64,000 nt of DNA from Ranitomeya imitator (GCF_032444005.1 NC_091288.1:8556001-8620000), one strand, 5' to 3'; numbered from the stretch's first letter, positions 11,233-24,244 are shown. Program-made: numbers and translations. The notes: generated by a model from the letters alone, not told the origin.

Positions 11233-11747
11233 TGTAACGGGTTTACCGCGACAGAGAGGAGCCAGAAGACCACAGCGTCTGATTTCTCCTACTCCTGCAC
11301 TGATTAGAAGCCCTTCACGTTCATAGTAAACAGTACAGGTGGTTTAATCTGATCAGTTGAGCCCTCCTGGAGCATTTCTGCATGAAGGCTTTCAGCTGTT
11401 CACTGTTAGCCACTCCAATCCCCTATATAATCTGGGCCCTGGCTAGCACTCATTGTCAGAGTTAGCTTATGCTGCATGGCTGTTGGGAGAAGGCGTGTGG
11501 TGCATTTATCTGTGACTGTTGCTAGGTTTTGGGTGTGTGATAATTTCCTTTCTTCTCCTACTTTGGTTTAACCCCATCCTCCACTCCCCTGTTCATTTGT
11601 GTATTACGGTACACTACTACTCCCCTGTTCCCTGGGTGGTCCCGGCATCTTCACCATCAGTAGTAATCCGGGGAGCAGAGCGAGCTAGGGCACCTGTAGT
11701 GTTAGGGACAGGGAAGGAGCCCCTGGGCCCCGGGAAACCCGACAACA
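11233..11747. mobile_element. Possible solo LTR
   Basis: TGTAACGGGTTT...AAACCCGACAACA imperfect terminal inverted repeat and internal TATA-like CTATATAA near 11424; no TSD found. Confidence 0.35.
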
Positions 11748-12699
11748 GAGTACCACATAACATAAAGCCCTGCCCACATCCTCACCCCAGAGCACCAGAA
11801 TCTCATTAACTGAAAGCTACAAATAAAGATTAAACAACCACAGGATGGATTTCATCACCAGGTATCATTGTAATCAGTATAACAGAGCCAACATGACACT
11901 GTCTGTAGGTGACTAAACTCAATCCTGCTGACAGGTTCCCTTTAAGTGCATTTAAGGGAACTGCAGTTTTGCAGTTGACAAAGTCTCTATTATTAAATAC
12001 AAATATCCACATACATAACATTGTAGCTACATAATGCTGGAAAATACCCAAAGCCACAAAAAATATTATATGGAAATAACAAATTCAGTACAAAATTAGA
12101 ATGGCATCATATAATGGAAAAAATGTAAACTAGAATCAACAATTACAAACATATACATTTTTATTAAATACCGAAAATGTATTTAACATATATAAACTAA
12201 GCATATTAAAAAGTGGGAAACCACAAGGTGGTGCAAAAATACTAAAAACCTCCACACAGGAAGCTTTACAGAGTCATTGTTAAGCTGTAAGTGCAAATAG
12301 GGCAGTTAAACAAATACCTACGGTGAGTCTATGCATACAAATAAAGGAGTAGTTGCCTAGGGTTAAATGTTATACACGGACCCTACATGGCCAAACATTA
12401 CTTGCCACGCTGATAAACCCACACCTAATGCAAAACAAAAGGACCTATTCCGCTTCAGCATCAGTATACAAATGTATTACACATGCAGCAATACCTGTAG
12501 TGTAGGATATAGCACACACCATAACACCCTATGCACATATCGGCAGTTTGCCTTCATCACCATCAAAAGTAATCCGGGGAGCAGGAATAACTATGGCTCC
12601 CCTAGCTTTAGGGATTTGATGTAGCCCCTGGATATACTGCAACAATGCCGTGAGAGGTGCCCTCAAGTTACAAGTGACCACTGCAAACACTATGCACCC

Positions 12700-13740
12700 A
12701 ACCACCCGCACCCCATCATACTACTATTGTGAGAGACACTGAAGGTATGACTGACCACCGAATGCACTGCACCCAACCACCCGCACCCCATCATACTACT
12801 ATTGTGAGAGACACTGAAGGTATGACTGACCACCGAACGCACTGCACCCAACCACCCGCACCCCATCATACTATTATTGTGAGATACACTGAAGGTATGA
12901 CTGACCACCGAACGCACTGCACCCAACCACCCGCACCCCATTATACTACTATTGTGAGAGACACTGAAGGTATGACTGACCACCGAACGCACTGCACCCA
13001 ACCACCCGCACCCCATCATACTACTATTGTGAGAGACACTGAAGGTATGACTGACCACCGAACGCACTGCACCCAACCACCCGCACCCCATCATACTACT
13101 ATTGTGAGAGACACTGAAGGTATGACTGACCACCGAACGCACTGCACCCAACCACCCGCACCCCATTATACTACTATTGTGAGAGACACTGAAGGTATGA
13201 CTGACCACCGAACGCACTGCACCCAACCACCCGCACCCCATCATACTACTATTGTGAGAGACACTGAAGGTATGACTGACCACCGAACGCACTGCACCCA
13301 ACCACCCGCACCCCATCATACTACTATTGTGAGAGACACTGAAGGTATGACTGACCACCGAACGCACTGCACCCAACCACCCGCACCCCATTATACTACT
13401 ATTGTGAGAGACACTGAAGGTATGACTGACCACCGAACGCACTGCACCCAACCACCCGCACCCCATCATACTACTATTGTGAGAGACACTGAAGGTATAA
13501 CTCACCGCCGAACGCAGTGCACCCCAAAACTCCCGCACCACATTATGCAGCACTAGTGAGAGACGGTACAAGTGACCACTGCAAACACTATGCACCCAAG
13601 CACCCGCACCCCATCATACTACTATTGTGAGAGACACTGAAGGTATAACTGACCACCGAACGCATTGCACCCTAAAACTCCCGCACCACATTATACAGCA
13701 CTAGTGAGAGACGGTACAAGTGACCACTGAAAACACTGCA
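12700..13740. repeat. 75-bp tandem repeat, about 12 copies, with degenerate flanking copies
   Basis: Unit starts at 12729 and 12804; 25-aa periodic ORFs. Confidence 0.93.
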
Positions 13741-14196
13741 CCCCCAAACACCCGGCAATTTCTACCTTAAGCTACAGGTGTAGAGTCGCTCTCATACTGA
13801 ATAAATTGATGTCTTTGATGTACAAGTCCACTCTGCCATTGCTGAGAAATCTGCTGATGAAGTTATATGCAAATGAGCTGCAAGTACTTTGGGGTGTGGG
13901 CAAAGCACTTCTATCTCCCCAGCCCTCACTTCTTAGCTCCCGCCCAGAGCCTGCCTACGGTATGTGATTGACAGGTCAGTCTGGCATTTGGGCTAAATCT
14001 CTGCAAGGGGCTGCAGTTAAACACGGGTGGACAGACCTGTTAATCAGTGAGGGCTGGAACTGCTTTGTCACTCCCCAAAGCACATTTGACTCATTTGCAT
14101 AAAACTTCACACAGCCATAGTTTTAGTTAGAATTTCCTCTTGACCAGTAAGGGCTGAAATTGCCAGGATTAGAATCAACACTGATCCCTGAATATA

Positions 14197-15480
14197 CAGT
14201 GGAATGTAAAAGTTTGTGCACCCCTGGTCAAAATTACTGTTATTTTGAACAGTTAAGCAAGTGGAAGATGAAATTATCTAAAAGGCCTAAAGTTACAGTT
14301 GACACATTTCCTTTGTATTTGAGGCAATATATATTTCCATCTTTTACATTTTAAAAATTACAAAAAGGAAAAAGGGGTGATGCAAAGGTCTGTGCACCCT
14401 GCATGGTTAGTACACCCTTTTGGAAGTATCACAGCTTGTAAACGCTTTTTGTAGCCAGACACAAGTATTTCAGTTCTTGTTTGAGGGAATTTCCTCTATT
14501 CTTCTTTGGAGAATTCCTCCTGTTTTGTGAGATCTATGGTCGTCTTGCTTCCTCTGCTATTTTGAGGCCTAGACACAGATTTTCAATGCTGTTCAGATCA
14601 GGGGACTGTGAGGGCCATTGTAAAACCTTCATCTTGTGGCTTCTGAGGTCGTCTATTGTGGATTGTGACGTGTGTTTAGGATCATTCTCCATTTGTAGCA
14701 GCCATCCTCTTCCTCTTTTCACCTTCAGCTTTTTTATAGATGGTGTTATGTTTGCATCAAGAATTTGTGGAAGTTTCATTTAATCCATTCGTCCCTCTAC
14801 CCGTGAAATGTTCCCCGTGACATCGGCTGCAACACATCCCCAAAGCCTGATTGATCCACCCCCATGCTTAATGGTTGTCACGATGCTCTTTTCATGAAAT
14901 TCTGTGCCCTTTTTTTGCACACAAATGTTTGATCATTGAGGCCAAAGATCTGTATTTTAACGTTATCAGTCCACAGGACTTGTTTCCAAAATTCATCAGG
15001 CTTGGGTTGATGTTCTTTTCATACTTCTGATGCTGAATTTTATGGTGAGGACGCAGGAGAGGTTTTCATCTTATGACTCTTCCATGAAGACCATATTTGT
15101 GCTGGTGTCTCTGAACAGTAGTACAATATACCACAACTCCAGAGTCTGCTAAATCTTTCTGAATGTCTTTTGCTGTCAGACGGGGGCTATGATTTGCCTC
15201 TCTAGCAATCCTACGAGCAGCTCTCACTAAAATTGTGCTTGGTCTTCCAGACCTTATCTTGACCTCCACTGTTCCTGGTAACGGTCATTTCTTAATTACA
15301 TTTCAAACTGAGGAAAGGCAATTTTGTTGTCTTACAGCCTTTTCCTGCTTTCTGAGGCTCCACCATTTTTCAGATTGCACGGCAGCTGTTTAGAAGAAAC
15401 TATGGCTGCTGTTTTTTGGCACAAGGTTAGAGGTGGGTGGGTTTTTATAAAGCTGGGATATTTGCATCACCTGCTATGAT
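14197..15480 (-). mobile_element. Decayed Tc1/mariner DNA transposon (one end retained)
   Basis: TA|CAGTG..AAAAGTTTG terminus at 14197; minus-strand transposase fragments NDPKH..WPSQSPDLNSIENL (14534-14779) and GRP..SPRLTAKDIQKDL (15066-15269). Confidence 0.88.
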
Positions 15481-16967
15481 GACACAGCATTTAATCTTAA
15501 TTATCCAGACGTCTATTTTGATTAGTCCAGATGATCTAGACTATTATCTTTATGTTGATTTTTTAATTTATATGTTTTTCTTTGGTTGGTCAAGAAACAT
15601 AGACTATTGTTTATTTGAGTCTTAAAAGCTGATTCTTGACATTTTTTAATGACTGCTGTTTGCCTCTTATATCAGCTCCCACAGCTTACTGTCTACTGTC
15701 TTAACAAGACAGGGACACAGGGTCATTGAACAATTGATGTTTGATAATATCTTGATTGACCATTGTGCTGAACCCTATGCCTTGTTGACCTGCAGAGCAG
15801 AGGATGATAAATTATGCAGATTGACTAAATACTCAAACAATGAGAGATGAGCCCCTCCCAACTCCCCTTCCCCCCATGAACCTGTGGAGGATGACCTGAG
15901 CCACAGATATGGGTATAAAAAGGGATTTCTATCATACTGCAGGAAGAATCAAGAGACTTGACAGAACAACAGACCAGATACTGTGACCCCATAAAGGAAG
16001 GCTCCATCAAGAAGGACACAGATTTGACATTCTACAGGATGCCAGCTTAGGTGGCCCCGGCTGTATGAATACAAATATGCTTCATTGACCATTACTGAAC
16101 CCATGGATACATTTAAGGAAGCCAGGATTTGGACGCACTGGTCACCTGAGCCCCATGGATACGTTTGTGAGCCAGGATTGGGACCCGCCAATCACCTGGC
16201 CAAGTGCCTCAATGGACTGTCAGTTTCCTAATCTTATCATTACCTCCTCTCTGTGCGTGCCACCTGTGGGGTAGTCGGCCCTGGAAGCTCTAAAGTCGCA
16301 GCTGCTCTAATCCCAACGAGTCATCAGAAGGGTGAGACTCAAGTGTGCACCATCTTGGGTATTTTGCTGGGACTGCTCTACGTGTTATTAGCTGTTTTGT
16401 GGTTCCGAAAAAAAGTATTTCCACACTGTTTTACCCTCACACTGTGTTGTCTGAGTAGTATTATGCCCACTATAAAAGGAGATCGGGCATTCGGTGGGAT
16501 GAACCCTGGTCCATGTGGTCTCGGGCCAGCGGTGGAAAGCACCCACTGACACTCCGTGTCTCCACAGTTTGGTGGAAGCAGTGGAATGAGTTTTACTATC
16601 ATTGTTTGAGTATTTCATCAGTTTGCATTGTTTGTCCTTGTCTTTTTGCAGGTCAAGAAAATAGCTGGCCTGGACAATGTGTAATAAACATATTAACAAA
16701 CTATGGGGATGCTAATGAAGGAAGAGGAGGCGGCGCCCGGCGCGCAGAGGCCCAGGGTGACGGCTGTGGTGCGTCTGTGTTAGGGGGGAAAGACCTGCCC
16801 CCCTGGCGATTTCAAGGTACGAGGGACAAATTTGATAAACGATTCTTTCAGCGGTGGCAGGAACAAAAACTAAAAGAGCCACCTTGTCAGAATGCAGCAT
16901 TAGTGCTGCACAAGGTGGCTCTTTTAGCTACAAACGCCTGGGGGGGGGGGTGACAGGTTCCCTTTAA

Positions 16968-17163
16968 GGGCTCCTTTCCACTTGCGAGATAAACGTCCGT
17001 GTCTCGCATGTGAAAACCAAGCTGTGGCGCCGGCACTCCAGAGCAGAGTGTGCGGCTGCATAGCAACACATGGAGCCGCACGCTCCGCTCCCAAGTGCCG
17101 GCGCCACAGCTTGGTCTTCACATGCGAGACACGGACGTTTATCTCGCAAGTGGAAAGGAGCCC
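16968..17163. mobile_element. Harbinger/Tourist-type palindromic MITE
   Basis: Near-perfect inverted arms GGGCTCCTTTCCACTTGCGAG...; TAA duplicated at 16965-16967 and 17164-17166. Confidence 0.85.
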
Positions 17164-17480
17164 TAAGGCTTTACAAATCGAGTGCTCATTTATTTTTTAT
17201 TATCCAATTAGTTATTAGTTTTATTATCAAATGAGAGGAGTCAATATTTATTGAATACATAGTAAACTCAATTGTATTACAATGTTCAGTTCTGTCATTC
17301 ATATATGCAATATATATTGAAGATTCGGGACAATTATCTACAAGTCATCGCGGCCCATTGTGTGCCTGGGACATAAAAACACCCAGTAACATTTCTTGTG
17401 AAGGCTGATAACTTAATAAATAGGGTTGGAGATGTGACTGGCACCCCGTAATGGTCGCACTCATCCTGTAATAATTATTA

Positions 17481-17666
17481 GACCACGTTCACACGTTCAG
17501 TATTTGGTCAGTATTTTGCATCAGTATTTGTAGCCAAAACCAGGAGAGGAACAATCAGAAGAAAAGTATAATGGAAACTCATCGCCACTTCTGTATTTAT
17601 CACCCACTCTTGTTTTTTTGGCTACAAATACTGATGTAAAATACTGACCAAATACTGAGCGTGGCC
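17481..17666. mobile_element. Harbinger-type MITE
   Basis: Inverted arms CAGTATTTGGTCAGTATTTT / AAAATACTGACCAAATACTG; TTA on both flanks. Confidence 0.75.
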
Positions 17667-19244
17667 TTAATTTTCAGCTCAGGATCCAGGGTTGAAGTCC
17701 TGGTTTCGGTTCAGGTTGGATATAACTATGATGGACAGCTGCTTATTCGCCGCAGCCTTGTACTTCCCGAAACCTTATATTATCCGGGGCTCACAACCTG
17801 TACAAAGATCGCAATCCAAGAGCGGACCCTCTGAATCGCAAATCCCCTTAGAAAGAATCAGTCGTTGAATAGCAGCTGCGTGGACCAATTTTAAAGCCTT
17901 TGTTAGGGAAATCTTGCGCAGGGCTCCGATGCCTTATGAATTTTCAGAGTCCCTTTAACTAAGTCCGTCTCCGAGGAAGAAAAATATCTTTAATTTTTTT
18001 TTTTAAAATTCTGATATTTTGGCTTTTTCATATTTTTCACTTTTAAACTTTAGTTAATGTGAGACCTAAAAAAAGCATGGCATTTTTTTTATTTGAATCT
18101 AGGAATAAAAGCCATAACTAAGCAGAGATATTAAGTATGAATCCGGCTCTGCAGACACAGTGGTCAAGAGTCCGATACTTAAATCTCCTCTTTAGAGACC
18201 CTGGGCTTTGACAAAGGCTTTGTTTCTCTGCTTCGGGAATTAGCATTTTAATAAAAGCTTTTAATGGAATTCCAGGGAAAAAGCTTAAATATATAAAAAA
18301 AATACTGAAGAGATTTAAGTGGAGCCTTCGGCTTAGCAGAGATTTATTTGTCTCTTGTCAAAGAGGGGTGCGACCCCAGCACTTCAGAAGAAAGGTGGAA
18401 GCGGCGGCCTCACGAGATCCCCGTGTTCCCCCTGACGTAGGATGAAGGGCGCCGCCTGTTTATTTGTAGTTTTATTTTTCAAAGAGCTCTGATAAGGGCA
18501 GATGTCCAGTGCCAGGGGGCACCGTGAGGCAATACCTGGAGGACGCCAGCATAACCTTCGTGTTCTGCTTAATCTGTCCCATTATATAAGGCTTTAAATA
18601 GAAATTAAATAAATTCTACATTTTGTGTTTTGGTTGCCACCATGTTGCACATCTGACTTAGTTGGAACTGACTATAGGCAGGTAAAGTGGCCACAATGTA
18701 ACAAGTTTCATTATATGCAAATGAGGCTGAGCTGCAGCATTACAGCCCCATCGTTTCACTAAGGGCCGATCTAGACTACTGCCAAGAAACAACTGCTAAT
18801 CGGCTGCATGAGGTCCGATCGGGTTAAACAGGCCGATAATTGTTCTGTGCGTTTAGAAAATAATGTTATCGTCAGCACACGACATGTACACAGGACGATG
18901 TGCTGCCAAGAACAATGATATTAAAAGCCGCTAATCAGGAAATGAGTGTCCCTAGGAACCTTCAATCATGATTATCATCAGTCTGGTTGTATGTGCCATA
19001 AGAGGCTTTGGATTGGAAATGTTGGTAATATATATCAACTACTCCTTTAATCATTGGGTATAGAAAAGAAAAGTCCAGTGTGTACCTGCCATCCTGCAGG
19101 TAGTCCTTATAATAACTACATATTATATGATACTTTTCCCAAATATCACTTAGGACTAGCAGGTCGATCATGAAATCTTTGTTATATAGATCATTGTAGC
19201 TGCAGAAAAGCCACAGTAACCAAACAAAAATCCTAGGAGAGGAA

Positions 19245-21250
19245 GCAGAAGACTGTGCAGGTGCAGCAGTATGTCACAGGAGCTAGGAACAGAAAAATGC
19301 CCAGGAGAGGCAACAGCAGACTGTACAGAGTCCAGCAGTATGTCACAGGAGCAAAGCAGAGAAAAATGCCCAGGAGAGGCAACAGCAGACTGTACAGAGT
19401 CCAGTAGTATGTCACAGGAGCTAGGAACAGAAAAATGCCCAGGAGAGGCAACAGCAGACTGTACAGAGTCCAGCAGTATGTCACAGGAGCAAAGCAGAGA
19501 AAAATGCCCAGGAGAGGCAGCAGCAGACTGTACAGAGTCCAGCAGTATGTCACAGGAGCAAAGCAGAGAAAAATGCCCAGGAGAGGCAGCAGCAGACTGT
19601 ACAGAGTCCAGCAATATTTCACAGGAGCAAAGCAGAGAAAAATGCCCAGGAGAGGCAGCAGCAGACTGTACAGAGTCCAGCAATATTTCACAGGAACAAA
19701 GCAAAGAAAAATGCCCAGGAGAGGCAGCAGCAGACTGTACAGAGTCCAGTAATATTTCACAGGAGCAAAGAACAGAAAAATGCCCAGGAGAGGCAGCAGC
19801 GACTGTACAGAGTCCAGCAGTATGTCACAGGAGCAAAGCAGAGAAAAATGCCCAGGAGAGGCAGCAGCAGACTACAGGGTCCACCAGTATGTCACAGGAG
19901 CAAAGCAGAGAAAAATGCCCAGGAGAGGCAGCAGCAGACTGTACAGAGTCCAGCAATATTTCACAGGAGCAAAGCAGAGAAAAATGCCCAGGAGAGGCAG
20001 CAGCATGTCACAGGAGCTAGGAACAGAAAAATGCCCAGGAGAGGCAGCAGCGACTGTACAGAGTCCAGTAGTATGTCACAGGAGCAAAGCAGAGAAAAAT
20101 GCCCAGGAGAGGCAGCAGCAGACTGTACAGAGTCCAGCAATATTTCACAGGAGCAAAGCAAAGAAAAATGCCCAGGAGAGGCAGCAGCAGACTGTATAGA
20201 GTCCAGCAATATTTCACAGGAGCAAAGCAGAGAACAATGCCCAGTAGAGGCAACAGCAGACTGTACAGAGTCCAGTAGTATGTCACAGGAGCAAAGCAGA
20301 GAAAAATGCCCAGGAGAGGCAGCAGCGACTGTACAGAGTCCAGCAGTATGTCACAGGAGCAAAGCAGAGAAAAATGCCCAGGAGAGGCAGCAGCGACTGT
20401 ACAGAGTCCTGCAATATGTCACAGGAGCAAAGAACAGAAAAATGCCCAGGAGAGGCAGCAGCAGACTGTACAGGGTCCACCAGTATGTCACAGGAGCAAA
20501 GCAGAGAAAAATTCCCAGGAGAGGCAGCAGCAGACTGTACATAGTCCAGCAATATTTCACAGGAGAAAAGCAGAGAAAAATTCCCAGGAGAGGCAGCAGC
20601 AGACTGTACATAGTCCAGCAATATTTCACAGGAGAAAAGCAGAGAAAAATGCCCAGGAGAGGCAGCAGCATGTCACAGGAGCTAGGAACAGAAAAATGCC
20701 CAGGAGAGGCAACAGCAGACTGTACAGAGTCCAATAGTATGTCACAGGAGCAAAGCAGAGAAAAATGCCCAGGAGAGGCAGCAGCAGACTGTACAGAGTC
20801 CAGCAGCATGTCACAGGAGCAAAGCAGAGAAAAATGCCCAGGAGAGGCAGCAGCAGACTGTACAGAGTCCAGCAGCATGTCACAGGAGCAAAGCAGAGAA
20901 AAATGCCCAGGAGAGGCAGCAGCAGACTGTACAGAGTCCAGCAATATTTCACAGGAGCAAAGCAAAGAAAAATGCCCAGGAGAGGCAGCAGCAGACTGTA
21001 CAGAGTCCAGCAATATTTCACAGGAGCAAAGCAGAGAACAATGCCCAGTAGAGGCAACAGCAGACTGTACAGAGTCCAGTAGTATGTCACAGGAGCAAAG
21101 CAGAGAAAAATGCCCAGGAGAGGCAGCAGCGACTGTACAGAGTCCAGCAGTATGTCACAGAAGCAAAGCAGAGAAAAATGCCCAGGAGAGGCAGCAGCGA
21201 CTGTACAGAGTCCTGCAATATGTCACAGGAGCAAAGAACAGAAAAATGCC
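19245..21250. repeat. 69-bp tandem repeat, about 29 copies with internal deletions
   Basis: Unit starts at 19271 and 19340; 23-aa periodic ORFs. Confidence 0.95.
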
Positions 21251-21289
21251 GGGACTGTGCACGGTGCAGGTCTTTACTGAAAATCAAAG

Positions 21290-21372
21290 TTTTTTTTATT
21301 GTCTGTACAAGTCCCCTCTAATGTAAAGCGATGCGGAATATGTTGGCACTATAGAAATAACATTATTATTAT
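21290..21372 (+). mobile_element. 3' tail fragment of an L2-type LINE/SINE
   Basis: GTAAAGCG..GGAATA..GGCACTATA..AATAA followed by (TTA)n; resembles the reverse complement of the 47135-47297 tail. Confidence 0.6.
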
Positions 21373-21762
21373 CTAAGGGGTATCGTTTCTCCTTACGGAG
21401 AGTGGCATACCATCTCTGGCTTGTCAAGGTAAGGAGGCTTATTCGCCGTGCAATGCTCCTCTGGGAAATATAATATGCAAATTGCCTCTTTTAAGAAAAA
21501 GAGGACTTAACTCTTATAGCGCCACCTGTTGGAAGTAGCGATCCTACAAGTCACAATCAACTCTTTAACGAGTCGTGCAATATGACTTAGGATAAAAGCC
21601 AAATTAGTATCTCAATTCGCAGACACGGTGTTTCAGGCTGTTGGCCCTCGTCAGTGCGAAGCATGAGAACTAAAGAGTTGATTGTGACTTGTAGGATCGC
21701 TACTTCCAACAGGTGGCGCTGTAAGAGTTAAGTCCTCTTTTTCTTAAAAGAGGCAATTTGCA
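21373..21762 (-). mobile_element. 390-bp non-autonomous hammerhead-bearing element (Penelope/retrozyme-like)
   Basis: 12-bp direct repeat CATTATTATTAT at 21361-21372 and 21763-21774; 92-bp inverted repeat 21476-21567 / 21671-21762; hammerhead motif between the arms. Confidence 0.7.
21610..21668 (-). ncRNA. Type I minimal hammerhead ribozyme
   Basis: Minus strand: UCUCA-ugc-UUCGCA CUGACGA GGGC-caaca-GCCU GAA ACAC-c-GUGU C^ UGCGAA-u-UGAGA. Both conserved cores, stems I, II and III and a GUC cleavage triplet are present. Confidence 0.85.
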
Positions 21763-22742
21763 CATTATTATTATTACAGTCTTCTCCCCTGCGCTTTGTC
21801 ACACATGAGTACCACCAGTAAGCTCTGCAGCCTCCGAGGACCCCTAGAATAATTCTTGAAATCTTAAGTGTCCTTTGAAAGTTGTCACGTAGAGAACACT
21901 CAATCATATGGATGTTCCCTAAGTAAAATATCCCAAAAGTTTCAGTGTGACTGAGAGCGAGTTATCGCCATGGAATTATTTCATTTTATTCCCAGTTTTC
22001 CCACAGGAGCGGACCCAGCAGGTCACGGGACCCCCCTCTGTTACATATAAGATGGGCTGATGATAACAATGAAGGGTTAATTCCACCAGGACAGGGGTCT
22101 GTGAAGGAGATGGTTCTTGTGACAGCGCAGCAGTTCTACCTGTGCAATATTATTTCACAGCATCCATCGGTTTTTTTTTTAGTAAAATGCACTTATGGCT
22201 CTGGATTTAGGGGGACCTCGCCCCACAGATCATACAAGTCTCAGTTTCTAGGAATACCCCAGAAAAGATGGATATTATGTCTCAAGGAAACAGCAATATA
22301 GTCCCAGACGCAACATAATTCAGCACTGAGTCTCTTAATTATTAGCTTTTATTGATCAATGAGTGGGGAAGTTTACACTGTTGATCCATGGGCCGGCTTC
22401 TATATATACACGGGTTGTCAATATGAGAAGACCCCTTATGATTGCTCGGAGAGATGTGACCAGGGGGTATGCGGCAGCACTACACCCTTGTCTGTCCGTC
22501 CATCTGCCTGCTCACGACTGCCCCATAGCTAATGATGTGTGCCAGAAAGAATCTGGATACCGTGAGGCTGGTTTACCAAGCTAAATGCAGCAGAATCTTG
22601 CCTGACTTCTACCATATTTATTATGTGTTTCAAACCCTTACTGCTCTTGATCTGACAAGGGGGTGTGACCTTGCTTAAAGGGGCATGTCTTGTAAAAATA
22701 AAAAAGTGCAACACAGTGTGCCAAAAAATGAGCCAAAATGTC

Positions 22743-23731
22743 TGTCACGAGGGTGTCACGTCCCTCTGGAAGACTTGGATTTAGACGGTCACATCGGGTA
22801 ATGAATTGCAGGTAAAGATGGTGTGATTTGTGTCCCATATTAAATGGATTTAGTTTCTTCTGGTGCTGAAGAGGTTATCAATCCTTTCTATGCTGGTCAG
22901 AAACATGCAGCTCCATTTCAGCTGCCTCTGATCTTGTCATCACCTCTTCCTATGTAAACTGGTCAGACCTTCTTGTCCCTGCTGGTGAAAGATTCGTCTT
23001 CCTGTGCTGTGTGCTAAAGCTAAGTGGTTGGAGTGGAGTTATTTCAGTAGTGTTCTGTGGTTTGTTGTTGTACATGTGTGTTTATCTCCCAGTCCCTATT
23101 CCCATTTAGTTTATTCCTCCCAGTCCCTATCCTCCTCCATATTGTTGGTTGGTGTGTTTGTATGATAGAGGTTTTCTGTTATCTGTTTTGTTTTTGTGTC
23201 TGGTTTACCTTACATTTCTGTCCCAGGTTTCATAGAGTGGGGGAGGGGGACAGATCAGGGTTTAAAGGGACACTGTCACCTGGATTTGGAGGGAACAATC
23301 TTCAGCCATGGAGGCGGGGTTTTGGGGTTTTTGATTCACCCTTTCCTTACCCGCTGGCTGCATGCTGGCTGCAATATTGGATTGAAGCTCATTCTCTGTC
23401 CTCCATAGTACACGTCTGCGCTGTGCAAGATTACCTTGTGCAGGCATGTACTACTAAGGACAGAGAATGAACTTCAATCCAATATTGCAGCCAGCATGCA
23501 GCCAGCGGGTAAGGAAAGGGTGAATCAAAAACCCCAAAACCCCGCCTCCATGGCTGAAGATTGTTCCCTCCAAATCCAGGTGACAGTGTCCCTTTAACAG
23601 GAGCATATTAAGGTCGGAGACTTGGGCCTCTCTGCTGTCAAGAGTACCCCCGGGACAGGAATAGTTAGGGTCCCAGCTCCAGGGACAGTTTGAGGCCCCT
23701 CTCATTTACCAAAGACCACCACAGAATGACA
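22743..23731. mobile_element. Solo LTR (about 657 bp) interrupted by a MITE
   Basis: TGTCA...TGACA termini; exact 5-bp TSD ATGTC (22738-22742 / 23732-23736). Confidence 0.88.
23266..23593. mobile_element. Kolobok/T2-type palindromic MITE inside the solo LTR
   Basis: TTAA TSD on both sides; AGGGACACTGTCA termini; long inverted arms. Confidence 0.9.
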
Positions 23732-24244
23732 ATGTCTAAACACATTTCTAGCATAAAGTATGCCAGCTAACAGGTGGTATAAGCATAGGCCCTGATTAAT
23801 GAAGCCGTGTTCCCCAGTCCTCGGGTGTTGCAATATGTTTGTGCAACTGGCAGGGCCGGACTGGCCATCGGGCACTTCTGGCAAATGCCAGAAGGGCCGG
23901 TGCCAGTCGTGGGCCGCTCGATCCGCCTCTCGCCGCCGACTCCCCCCCCTGCCGTCGCATTCAACTATACCGGCGTCTGTGACGCCGGTACAGTTGAATG
24001 CAATTATGGAGGAGAGAGCGTCTACAGACGCTCCCTCTCCCATCATTCCTCGCTCTGCCTCTGACACTGTGGGTGCACGATGACGTCATATCATCGCGCA
24101 CCTGCTGTGTCCCGGGCAGACTGCAGCCGCTGAGACCGGAGCAGGAAACAATGCGGGGCACGAGGAAAGGTGATGAGTTTTTTGTTGTTTTTTTTTTTTT
24201 TGCTGGACTGTGGGGACATTCTCGGGGGGAGGAGGAAAGATGTG

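Noticed and set aside
15650-16697. LTR-like block with TATAAAA (about 15918), AATAAA (about 16683) and an AACA end
   Set aside because: No matching left terminus or TSD could be identified.
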